The notes under the pieces: model-generated
Told to the model about the DNA's origin: nothing
The model's database searches: none
Seen by the model: only the letters and a program-made list of their open reading frames with translations
Part shown: positions 15,441 through 23,406 of the stretch, in pieces
Position numbering within the stretch: position 1 is the stretch's first letter
Layout: each line of letters starts with the position of its first letter
Program-made: the position numbers and the translations under genes
IMG/VR virus record: IMGVR_UViG_3300010367_000012
Span: 84,856-112,476 of that record
Strand: one strand, 5' to 3'
DNA length: 27,621 nucleotides
DNA from: a virus

Positions 15441-15775
15441 AGTTACAGCAGAATAAGAATTGGTCCTACGATCGCTTTACTGATGATGCTGATGTAGTGT
15501 GGAAGGTGCATAAGGCTCACGTTTGTGACGGAGAAAACTGCGCCATCCATAATCCATCAGATCATCCATTAAAGAACGCTAAGACAATCCTTCGGGTATG
15601 GAGTCCCTTTAGTTCTAAGCCTCATGGATTCGTTGAGCGTTTCTGCGAGCACGGTATTGGACACAGTGATCCGGATAGTGTAGCCTTTTATGCGAAGCAA
15701 GGGAGTAACGGTCATGGTATCCATGGCTGCGACGGTTGCTGTACTGGAACCTACGAGGAGATACAGCGTGTCTGA
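15437..15775 (+). CDS. His/Cys-rich hypothetical protein
   Basis: ATGA overlap start. Contains H...C....C.IH.PS.H, ER.C.HG.GH.DPD and HG.HGCDGCC. Confidence 0.75.
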   Translation: MKLQQNKNWSYDRFTDDADVVWKVHKAHVCDGENCAIHNPSDHPLKNAKTILRVWSPFSSKPHGFVERFCEHGIGHSDPDSVAFYAKQGSNGHGIHGCDGCCTGTYEEIQRV

Positions 15776-15935
15776 TGTAATATACGGTGCGGAAGATCCG
15801 GACGACTGGAAGCCTGAAGAGGAGTCCATTGCTTCTGATCCCCTCACCATTGAAGAAATAGATGACAAGTGGATTCAGTTCTACACCGATCGAATTCACA
15901 CACAGATAGAACAGTTCCTTACACAGGATGGCTAA
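15768..15935 (+). CDS. small acidic hypothetical protein
   Basis: GTG at 15768 after GAGGAG gives 55 aa, TAATG-coupled to the next gene. Confidence 0.6.
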   Translation: MSDVIYGAEDPDDWKPEEESIASDPLTIEEIDDKWIQFYTDRIHTQIEQFLTQDG

Positions 15936-16387
15936 TGCGACGTGGAGAGCTTTCGACTGAAACTCTTCCTCGCGTGTATATTGTGTTCGAAAACTTAATA
16001 GGTCTCCTGCCTAATACCAAGGACCGACTCGCAGAGCAGTTGGCGCGAAAAAGGAAAAAGTGGGAACAGGCAGCAGACTATTATCAGTTGAATATAAAGA
16101 CATCGCAAGGAATCCGGGATCTCTATTGGCGACAGCGTTTCAGAGTAGACGTGATCACCTTTACAGATCCCGGTTTTGTTTCAGCACTAAGAGATAAGTT
16201 GGATGGCAGAAATCTGCTATTCGGAGATGTACATTACTACGACACAGACATGCTGTTAGCTGATCTGACCTATGACCCTGCCATCATTGGTGTACTAGAT
16301 CCTGATCCTAGACGCGTGTTGACGTGGGGAAGCAAGGGGAGGTACTGTTCAGCCGAACAGTTCAACCTCATAAATCTTTTGGCCTAG
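15935..16387 (+). CDS. hypothetical protein (possible degenerate HAD-like fold)
   Basis: ATG at 15935 (TAATG overlap), 150 aa. The strand order RVYIVFENLIG / VDVITF / IIGVLD recalls a HAD fold without the DxD motif. Confidence 0.7.
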   Translation: MRRGELSTETLPRVYIVFENLIGLLPNTKDRLAEQLARKRKKWEQAADYYQLNIKTSQGIRDLYWRQRFRVDVITFTDPGFVSALRDKLDGRNLLFGDVHYYDTDMLLADLTYDPAIIGVLDPDPRRVLTWGSKGRYCSAEQFNLINLLA

Positions 16388-16395
16388 GAGGAATT

Positions 16396-17685
16396 TTGGC
16401 AGTGACATTCAATGTCGAGAAGTTGTTCGTTTCTAAGATCATGCAAGATCAGGACATGACGGAAGTCGCTGACGTTCCCCCGTACTTCCTGAATGATCCT
16501 GATTACCGAGCAGCTTTTGAATACATTAGAAACTATTACTCTGAGATTGGTTCAGTACCTACTCAGCGTATCTTCAATATGGATTTCAAGACTGAGGATA
16601 AGAAGCCTCTCAAGCTGGTTGAGGTTGACGAACCTTGGGAAGATATTAAGAAGCGAGTTGAGCGTCAGTATATTGCTGGTGTTCTCGCTGACAATCTTGA
16701 CGCATTCAATGATGCTTATGAAGCGGGCAAGATTGAAGAAGCTGTCAACATCCTGGGTGTCACAGTCTCTAAGGCTCACACTGCCATCCCCAACCCACGG
16801 GATGAGGATGTCACTACGACAGGCACTGCAAGGCTTGAGCGGTACCTAGAACGGAAGAACAACCCTGGGACGCTAGTGGGTGCCCCTACAGGTTTCCCAA
16901 CCATCGACAGAGCCACACAGGGCCTTCAGCCTGGTCAGCTTGTAACAGTGACTGGTCTGGCTAAGGCATCTAAGTCTTCCTTGGCAATGAAGATTGCTAT
17001 GAATATCCAGGAAGACGGATATCGTGTAATGTATCTGACATATGAGCAGACAGTTGATGAGCAGACACGTAGGCTTGACGCTTATCGTGCTGGCTTTAAC
17101 GACAACTTGCTGAACAGCGGTCAGATGGATCATGATCAGTGGGCTGCACTTCAGGAAGGTATCAAGCGGACTGAAGAACTTCCGCCTATGCTAATCTCTG
17201 AGGACTGTATGACGGTTACTTCCATCGGTGCGAAGATCGATGTCTTCAAGCCTGATGTGGTGATCGTTGATGGTGTGTATATGATGGAAGACGAGCGGGG
17301 CGAGAACAAGGGAACTCCTCTTGCGCTTGCCAACATCGTCTCGGGCTTGAAGTTCCTGGCCATGAGACGTAGTATCTGCATCGTTGCAGTCACTCAGTCA
17401 ACGCCTGCCCGTACCAAGGGTGAGACGCTGAACAATGACTCCATCATGGGTTCACGTGCCTTCGTCCAGTACAGCAACACTGTCATTGGTATCGAGCGCA
17501 CAGAAGACACGAAGATGCGTAAGATGAAGGTTCTGCTTTCCCGATCTTGTGCACCTACAGAGATCGTGCTACTGTTTGACTACGACACAGGGGAATTCAC
17601 AGAGCTGGAAGGCTTTGACCTGGACGACGACATTGACCGGGAGCTTTTGGATGAAAACGACTCAGCATTCTCAGGGGGTTTCTAA
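16396..17685 (+). CDS. dnaB: DnaB-like (SF4) replicative helicase
   Basis: PTGFPTID..T.GLQPGQLVTV, Walker A-like GLAKASKS, YLTYEQ, VVIVDG, LK.LA....I.IVAVTQ. TTG start after SD GGAGG. Confidence 0.88.
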   Translation: MAVTFNVEKLFVSKIMQDQDMTEVADVPPYFLNDPDYRAAFEYIRNYYSEIGSVPTQRIFNMDFKTEDKKPLKLVEVDEPWEDIKKRVERQYIAGVLADNLDAFNDAYEAGKIEEAVNILGVTVSKAHTAIPNPRDEDVTTTGTARLERYLERKNNPGTLVGAPTGFPTIDRATQGLQPGQLVTVTGLAKASKSSLAMKIAMNIQEDGYRVMYLTYEQTVDEQTRRLDAYRAGFNDNLLNSGQMDHDQWAALQEGIKRTEELPPMLISEDCMTVTSIGAKIDVFKPDVVIVDGVYMMEDERGENKGTPLALANIVSGLKFLAMRRSICIVAVTQSTPARTKGETLNNDSIMGSRAFVQYSNTVIGIERTEDTKMRKMKVLLSRSCAPTEIVLLFDYDTGEFTELEGFDLDDDIDRELLDENDSAFSGGF

Positions 17686-18658
17686 CGGGTGGGTCAAGAG
17701 AACAACTCCTATTCCAGGAGACGTTCTAGCCTGTCTCGAAGAACTTGGGATTGAAGTAGTACGAATCATCCATGGAGAGGCTTGGGCTATATGCCCAGGT
17801 CACTTCAATAGGCTTGAGAAATACAATAACCGTCCCAACAAATGGTCGGTTAACCTTGAGACAGGACAGCATTCCTGCTTCTCATGTGGATTCAGTGGTT
17901 CATTCGTTTACCTAGTACAGGAGGTCAAGGAATATGATCGATCTGACGCAGAGCAATGGGTCCGTAATCGTGGTGGAGTCCAGCGACTACGACGAATTTT
18001 GGCTGATCCCGAAGGGCGGTCTTCTGATCTCGAACGAGACGCGAGGATACAACCGTGGAACGAAGCACGACTGGCGCTCTTCAATGCTCCACCGTACGCG
18101 GCACTGGACGGACGACGAATCTCTCAGGGAGCTGTAACCCACTACGGAGTTCTGTGGGATTCTGAAAAGGAAAACTGGATTCTCCCCATACGCTCTCCTG
18201 AAACGGGGGAGCTATGGGGGTACCAGGAAAAGGGTGAAGGATGGTTCTGTAATAAACCAGCGCGAGTCAACAAAGCAGAAACTCTATTCGGTATCGAAAC
18301 TCTCACCGGAAGCACAGCGATCGTACTGGAGAGTCCGCTGGACTGTCTACGCCTTCATACTGCTGGTATATCTGGTGGTGTTTCTAGTTACGGCGTACAA
18401 ATTTCTGAACAGCAACTAGACCTTCTCTTTGACAGAGCCGAGATCATTATCTTTGCCCTGGATAATGATGATGTAGGGCTTAAGAAGATGTGGGATCTCC
18501 GACAGAAGTACCGGACAAGTGGTAGACGAATTAAATTCGTAGACTATTCCCACATTCCATGGGCAAAGGATCTGGGTACTGAAGGAGTAACAGATAAAGA
18601 TATCCAACGGGCTATCATAAATGCGAAAAGTCTGCTAAAGTATCGGCATGACTTTTAA
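17651..18658 (+). CDS. DNA primase (Zn-finger plus TOPRIM)
   Basis: CPGH...HSCFSCG Zn finger, TOPRIM IVLESPLD and FALDNDD.G, and KDLG. The start is uncertain; ATG 17651 follows GGGAG. Confidence 0.88.
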   Translation: MKTTQHSQGVSNGWVKRTTPIPGDVLACLEELGIEVVRIIHGEAWAICPGHFNRLEKYNNRPNKWSVNLETGQHSCFSCGFSGSFVYLVQEVKEYDRSDAEQWVRNRGGVQRLRRILADPEGRSSDLERDARIQPWNEARLALFNAPPYAALDGRRISQGAVTHYGVLWDSEKENWILPIRSPETGELWGYQEKGEGWFCNKPARVNKAETLFGIETLTGSTAIVLESPLDCLRLHTAGISGGVSSYGVQISEQQLDLLFDRAEIIIFALDNDDVGLKKMWDLRQKYRTSGRRIKFVDYSHIPWAKDLGTEGVTDKDIQRAIINAKSLLKYRHDF

Positions 18659-20216
18659 GGGAGAATTACGAGAGTACCAAGAGCAAGCCAAGGGCCTGAT
18701 CCTCACAAGGGAGAAGGCCCTATTGGCGTTGGACTTGGGCACTGGAAAGACGGTTGTATCTATTGCAGCTATTGAAGAACTAAGAGACAGAGGTGACATC
18801 GAATGCGCCCTTTTGATAATGAGCAGCAGTTTGACGGTTCAGTGGAAGGAGAGAATAGAGCAGTTCACGAATGGAGCGAAGGTTCTAGTAGTGGATGGTT
18901 CTCTCAGCCCTGCCAAGAGGATGGCTGCGTACACTGCATGCCTCCAGGAGAGGCCAGATTATCTGATCATGGGTATACGGCAAGTAGTGAAGGAACTGGA
19001 GTTCGTAAAGAAACTAAGCCCAGAGCTGGTACTAGTAGACGAAGTAACGTCGATAAAGAACTTCGGAACACAACAAACAAAAGCAATAAAAAAGCTAAAG
19101 CCTAGATATCGAATTGGATTAACTGCTGAACCAGTAGAGAATGGAAAGGCAGAAGAACTATTCTCTATCATGCAGTGGATTGATGAGACTGTACTAGGTA
19201 ATTGGCAGGAGTTTGAGGATACATTTATCACTCGTAATTCCTTCAATATGATTACAGGCTATAAGAATATGCCTGAATTGAATAGAAGATTAATGGAAGC
19301 GTGCATCTCAAAGAGGAGAGACGATCCTGACGTAGCCTCATTCATGCCAACGGTTGAGGAATACAACGTTTATATAGAGATGGATGATGAAACTAAGAAA
19401 CTATACGACACAATTGCCAAAGAACTCCTCTACTACCTCTACGATGCTGGTCCCTCAGTCAGTAAAGACCTTGCGCGATACTATGCAGGGGAAAAGTCCG
19501 ACGACAATTCCAGCATGGGAGCTATCACCGGAAGGCTTCTCGCGTTACATCTCCTCTTGGATGACCCGACACTCCTAGAAGCCTCTGCAAGGGCGTATGA
19601 GGACCCTTCAGACCCTAGTGGGTCCAAGTACGCGTACGAGCTGTGGAAGGCTGGGAGACTGCCGTCTACGGACGTTCTAGGTGCCAAGGTGGAGGCATGC
19701 TTAGAGGTAGTCACTGAGTACCTGGAAGAAGATCCTAGACACAAGGTCATTGTCTTTGCTAGGTTCAAGGGTGTTCAGCCTATCCTCACCAATGCACTGA
19801 AGAAGTATAAGCCTGTCATATTTAATGGAGATCTGAATGGAAAACAAAGAGGAGAAGCTATCTCCGTATTTACGCATGACCCTGAGTGTAGACTCTTCAT
19901 CTCCTCTGATGCTGGAGGATACGGAGTCGATTTATACGCAGCTAGTCACCTTGTCAACTATGATTTGCCAATGTCATCCGGAACTTTTAAGCAAAGAAAT
20001 GGACGCCACGTTAGAGCTAGTTCCATCTTCCGACACGTCTACATTGACAATCTCATTGTCCGTGGAAGCATCGAAGAGTACCAGTTGACACGCCTGAACT
20101 ATAAGGCTAGAGTCAGTAGAGCTGTCCTGACCGGAGTGTCAGAGGCAGATGGTAGAGTAACTAATGAAGCTAAAAACTTGACGCAATTTCTGAAATCCTA
20201 CTTTGGAGAATCTTAA
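18648..20216 (+). CDS. SNF2-like superfamily 2 helicase
   Basis: LREYQ, DLGTGKT, LVDEV, GLTAEPVEN, KVIVFA.F, AGGYGVDL and Q..GR..R motifs. Confidence 0.9.
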   Translation: MTFKGELREYQEQAKGLILTREKALLALDLGTGKTVVSIAAIEELRDRGDIECALLIMSSSLTVQWKERIEQFTNGAKVLVVDGSLSPAKRMAAYTACLQERPDYLIMGIRQVVKELEFVKKLSPELVLVDEVTSIKNFGTQQTKAIKKLKPRYRIGLTAEPVENGKAEELFSIMQWIDETVLGNWQEFEDTFITRNSFNMITGYKNMPELNRRLMEACISKRRDDPDVASFMPTVEEYNVYIEMDDETKKLYDTIAKELLYYLYDAGPSVSKDLARYYAGEKSDDNSSMGAITGRLLALHLLLDDPTLLEASARAYEDPSDPSGSKYAYELWKAGRLPSTDVLGAKVEACLEVVTEYLEEDPRHKVIVFARFKGVQPILTNALKKYKPVIFNGDLNGKQRGEAISVFTHDPECRLFISSDAGGYGVDLYAASHLVNYDLPMSSGTFKQRNGRHVRASSIFRHVYIDNLIVRGSIEEYQLTRLNYKARVSRAVLTGVSEADGRVTNEAKNLTQFLKSYFGES

Positions 20217-20806
20217 TGGCACATGTTCTTGACGGTATTGAATTCCGTACACTCAAGGCTCAGCTCCCTTCGTGGAGAAATGATGAGAACTATAACGAGT
20301 GGACTGACTGTGGAAGTAGCACTGACTTCCCTAGCGGTACTGAATTCCGCATAAAGCCAATAGTCTGGTATATCCTTACGGATTCCTTCGATAAGAAGAT
20401 TCTTTCTTCTAAGGACAAGACTGAGGCTATGGCTAAGGTTTCATCTCTGCTTGCAGAGGATAAATTTGTAGCTATCCGTAAGGAAGTTGCTGCTTCCCCT
20501 AATATTGCTACCTATCTTGCGGACAAGTCTGTTCAGTTCAAGCTAGTTGGTTCTGATAAGTGGCTCAACCCTCCGCACTTTGGCGGTAAGGCTATTGGTT
20601 CTCCTATTCGATTCCGTAAGCGTCCTGATACTTACTTCCAGGTAGATGTTAAGACTGGAATTGCTATGTCTACTCTCACTTTTGATGATGTAGATGAGCT
20701 GGACAAGTACATTTCTAAGCAGCTTCGTACCTCCGAGAACAACATCACTATTACAAGGAGAGCATATGGAACAACTGTCAACGCCAACACCATTACCTTC
20801 AGATAA
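20216..20806 (+). CDS. hypothetical protein with two-fold internal repeat
   Basis: 196 aa, TAATG-coupled. Confidence 0.75.
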   Translation: MAHVLDGIEFRTLKAQLPSWRNDENYNEWTDCGSSTDFPSGTEFRIKPIVWYILTDSFDKKILSSKDKTEAMAKVSSLLAEDKFVAIRKEVAASPNIATYLADKSVQFKLVGSDKWLNPPHFGGKAIGSPIRFRKRPDTYFQVDVKTGIAMSTLTFDDVDELDKYISKQLRTSENNITITRRAYGTTVNANTITFR

Positions 20807-21239
20807 CCCTGCTGTTAAGGCCAAGGTTGCAGCGTACCTCTTGCTCAACAAGGAGATTGCTGATAGAAAGACTGCACAGGAGAACATCAAGCAGGAGCTA
20901 GAACCGTATCTCCGCGATGCAGAGACTAACGCTCGTGGCTCCCATGTGATAGCGTTCTCTCAGCCTTTGGAGATCGCAGGCAAGCAGTACGGTAGCTTGC
21001 AGAAAACGAAGAAGGTCAGTAAGGTACTCAACGAGGAACGCGTCATCGACTTTCTGATGGAGCGTGCCAATGATCCTCGCAATCATCCTGACATGTGGAA
21101 GCGTCCAATCGTGACTGTACAACACGTGGATCAGGATGTACTGTGGGACTTGTTCGTGCGAGACCTGATCTCACAAGAGGAGCTTGACAGCTTCTTCGAT
21201 GAGACAGTATCGTGGAGCTTCAATCCAACCAAGGTATAA
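20766..21239 (+). CDS. hypothetical coiled-coil protein
   Basis: ATG at 20766 after AAGGAG, 157 aa. Confidence 0.75.
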   Translation: MEQLSTPTPLPSDNPAVKAKVAAYLLLNKEIADRKTAQENIKQELEPYLRDAETNARGSHVIAFSQPLEIAGKQYGSLQKTKKVSKVLNEERVIDFLMERANDPRNHPDMWKRPIVTVQHVDQDVLWDLFVRDLISQEELDSFFDETVSWSFNPTKV

Positions 21240-21252
21240 GGGAGATAGAAAC

Positions 21253-21597
21253 GTGAAGAAGGTTCTTGCAGCACTCGGTACGGCTGCTGTTCTGTTCACT
21301 GGTGCTACGGCTTGTGGCAATCAGGGTGGCTATGCAGACCAGGGTTATGAGCAGGTTTGGGATGGCGGACACTACGTCTACGTTCCTTACAGCTACTACA
21401 CCAGCCACCGTAGCCTGTACAGCAACAGTCTCCACCCTGCGCATCACGCTAGCTCTAGCTACGTGAAGACGCATCACGTTACCGTTATTCACCGTACTAC
21501 CACTACTGTTCACAAGAACGGTAGCCGTACTACTACGCGACACACGACTACTCGCCACACTACGACTCGTCGTAGCACCACCACGCGTCGTCGCTAG
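21253..21597 (+). CDS. putative lipoprotein with His/Thr/Arg-rich tail
   Basis: GTG start after GGGAG. MKKVLAALGTAAVLFTGATA-C is a signal peptide II with lipobox. C-terminal (R/H)TTT repeats. Confidence 0.8.
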   Translation: MKKVLAALGTAAVLFTGATACGNQGGYADQGYEQVWDGGHYVYVPYSYYTSHRSLYSNSLHPAHHASSSYVKTHHVTVIHRTTTTVHKNGSRTTTRHTTTRHTTTRRSTTTRRR

Positions 21598-21647
21598 TAT
21601 GCTTTAGTTTCTCTCTTCTTTAGAAGAGAGATTCTATGGACTACTAG
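21594..21647 (+). terminator. long intergenic hairpin (terminator or processing site)
   Basis: Core TCTCTCTTC-ttta-GAAGAGAGA, extended imperfectly and closed by CTAGTA/TACTAG. Confidence 0.6.
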
Positions 21648-21658
21648 AGAGGCAAATT

Positions 21659-21946
21659 ATGGCAACAGTTACCAGGAATTTCACTGTAGAAGAGCTGGAA
21701 GAGGACTATGATCTTCCTTATGGCGCTGTCTATGAGGAGACTATTGATAAGCGTCGTTGGTATTCCGTCCTTGAACTAGTATTCAAGGCAGACGATGACA
21801 AGTATTACATGGTCGATTACATGGACCCTGCTACTGAAATGCAGGAAGGACAGGATCGTTGGGATGACTACAGCGGTCATGTAGAAGCCACTCTTGTTGA
21901 GCCTATTGAGGTAGTTACTGTGAAGTGGCAGGCTGTCAATGTATGA
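21659..21946 (+). CDS. acidic hypothetical protein
   Basis: 95 aa, SD GAGAGG. Confidence 0.8.
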   Translation: MATVTRNFTVEELEEDYDLPYGAVYEETIDKRRWYSVLELVFKADDDKYYMVDYMDPATEMQEGQDRWDDYSGHVEATLVEPIEVVTVKWQAVNV

Positions 21947-22175
21947 GAATGTTCAGAAGGGTGACAAGTTCACCAATGATTTTGAACTCGGAATGCATGA
22001 GGAAGACATCGTAGAAGTTCTCGGAGGATTCAACGATCCCGAGGATGGAATTGCCTACTACATTCTCAAGTGCCGTGGCACTCGTAGAGAAAAGCAGGGC
22101 TGGTATTACGAGGATCAAGTAGTTATGCTTGACGAAGGTTTCCTATATAAGTACTTCGAAAGGGTAGAAGAGTAA
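21939..22175 (+). CDS. acidic hypothetical protein
   Basis: 78 aa, overlapping both neighbours. Confidence 0.7.
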   Translation: MYENVQKGDKFTNDFELGMHEEDIVEVLGGFNDPEDGIAYYILKCRGTRREKQGWYYEDQVVMLDEGFLYKYFERVEE

Positions 22176-22378
22176 TGGGTTTTAGTGTTGTCACTGAACT
22201 TGATTCCGAGGACATTGCATGGGAGATGGCAAAGCAGCTCACCTATGATGAAATGCTGGAGTTTATTGCTGCTCTTGATGGTCTTGTTGCTGACTGATCC
22301 TTCACTGAGATGGTATACGACTGGGCACGAGAGCAGCACAAGGAATACCTTGCGGAGAAGGAAGAGTTCGATTACTGA
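22175..22378 (+). pseudogene. 67-codon gene interrupted by an in-frame TGA (nonsense allele, read-through or sequencing error)
   Basis: MGFSVVTELDSEDIAWEMAKQLTYDEMLEFIAALDGLVAD*SFTEMVYDWAREQHKEYLAEKEEFDY*. The TGA is at 22295-22297, with coupling overlaps at both natural ends. Confidence 0.6.
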
Positions 22379-22551
22379 TGCGAGTACGAATCACCTTTGA
22401 TATCCCTACCCTCTATATGGATCTGACTCCTGCTCAGGTTCGGGCTCTTGAGGATGAATACGATTGGCAGCCCTTTATTGATGCTGCTTATTTCGATATC
22501 GAAAATCATCTGATGAGCGAGTTTGTCATTGAGGATGTGATTGAGTATTAA
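22378..22551 (+). CDS. 57-aa acidic hypothetical protein (not in ORF track)
   Basis: TGATG-coupled start, MRVRITFDIPTLYMDLTPAQ...IEDVIEY*. Confidence 0.65.
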   Translation: MRVRITFDIPTLYMDLTPAQVRALEDEYDWQPFIDAAYFDIENHLMSEFVIEDVIEY

Positions 22552-22933
22552 CAGTTGGTACCATGCGGTTTCCGCCTCACACAAGTGGGGCGGTAAGCCA
22601 GAAGACTATCTACCCATTGAAGAGTTCATTGATTCTTCTAAGAAGACGTTTGGCGATTACCGTCATCGTGCCATGTATCATCACACTCTTGGTGTCTACC
22701 TGTGTGAGGATCTATTCGGCAAGACTATTTCTATCCAGAAGAATACAAAGACAATTCAAGTGCCTGTTCGTCTCATTGCAGAACGGCACATCGTAGAGGA
22801 TCTAGGATTCCTTCCTAGTCCTGAGCATTACCTTAAGCACATCCCCACAGACAATGACAACACGCGTTGGATGTCTGGTGCTGTCCGTAAGGAAGTTGGT
22901 AATTTCAATGATGTATTTAATAAGGGAGAGTAA
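22541..22933 (+). CDS. DUF6915-like protein
   Basis: HA.S...KWGG.PEDY..I..F.D.SK....D.RHRA..HH..G...CE..FG...VPVR.IAE.H..EDLG..P matches my recollection of DUF6915. Confidence 0.7.
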   Translation: MSINSWYHAVSASHKWGGKPEDYLPIEEFIDSSKKTFGDYRHRAMYHHTLGVYLCEDLFGKTISIQKNTKTIQVPVRLIAERHIVEDLGFLPSPEHYLKHIPTDNDNTRWMSGAVRKEVGNFNDVFNKGE

Positions 22934-23406
22934 TGGGTAACAGTACTGTATTCATGGGTATGGCAGTAAAGGGTAGCTACGGCGGTTGGTCTCGTGCCAT
23001 TCAGAAGCCTATTGAGGAGCTGTACCCATACTTCAAGCTTGCTTTTGAGCAGGGTGTCAAGGCAGTCATGTGGGAGCAGTACACTCCTGGTTGGAACGAC
23101 GGAGAGCCTTGTGAGTTCTCTATCCGTGAGGTTAAGCTGACTGCCAATGATGAGGTTGCACAGGCATGGCTGAACGACTCAGAGCCTGACATGGAAGTTG
23201 CGTATCCTGATGAGGATGTCTACTATGATGATTATGAGTACGAGGCTTACGGTAGTCACCCTGATGGCGATTGGGTAAGCAAGGTAAACGTTCCTGTTCA
23301 GGATGGAGCATTTGAGGATGCTCTGCGTTCTGTATTCGGTAATGACACCAAGATCGTAGTAACTCCCGAGGCTGTTGTTCAGTTTGATTATGATTGTGGG
23401 TATTAA
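22933..23406 (+). CDS. acidic hypothetical protein
   Basis: 157 aa with W.QYTP.WNDGEPCEF and a C-terminal YDCGY, TAATG-coupled to the DUF6915-like gene. Confidence 0.8.
   Translation: MGNSTVFMGMAVKGSYGGWSRAIQKPIEELYPYFKLAFEQGVKAVMWEQYTPGWNDGEPCEFSIREVKLTANDEVAQAWLNDSEPDMEVAYPDEDVYYDDYEYEAYGSHPDGDWVSKVNVPVQDGAFEDALRSVFGNDTKIVVTPEAVVQFDYDCGY

Noticed and set aside
17674-17685. Slippery heptamer G GGT TTC just before the helicase stop, suggesting a helicase-primase frameshift fusion
   Set aside because: Primase is in the +1 frame relative to the helicase. A -1 slip enters the third frame and stops after about 15 codons, and primase has a plausible own ATG at 17651 with an SD.
22185-22400. 71-aa ORF from the track with a poly-Leu stretch
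   Set aside because: It has no SD or coupling. The alternative frame (22175-22378 plus 22378-22551) gives exact start-stop overlaps and typical acidic phage proteins.
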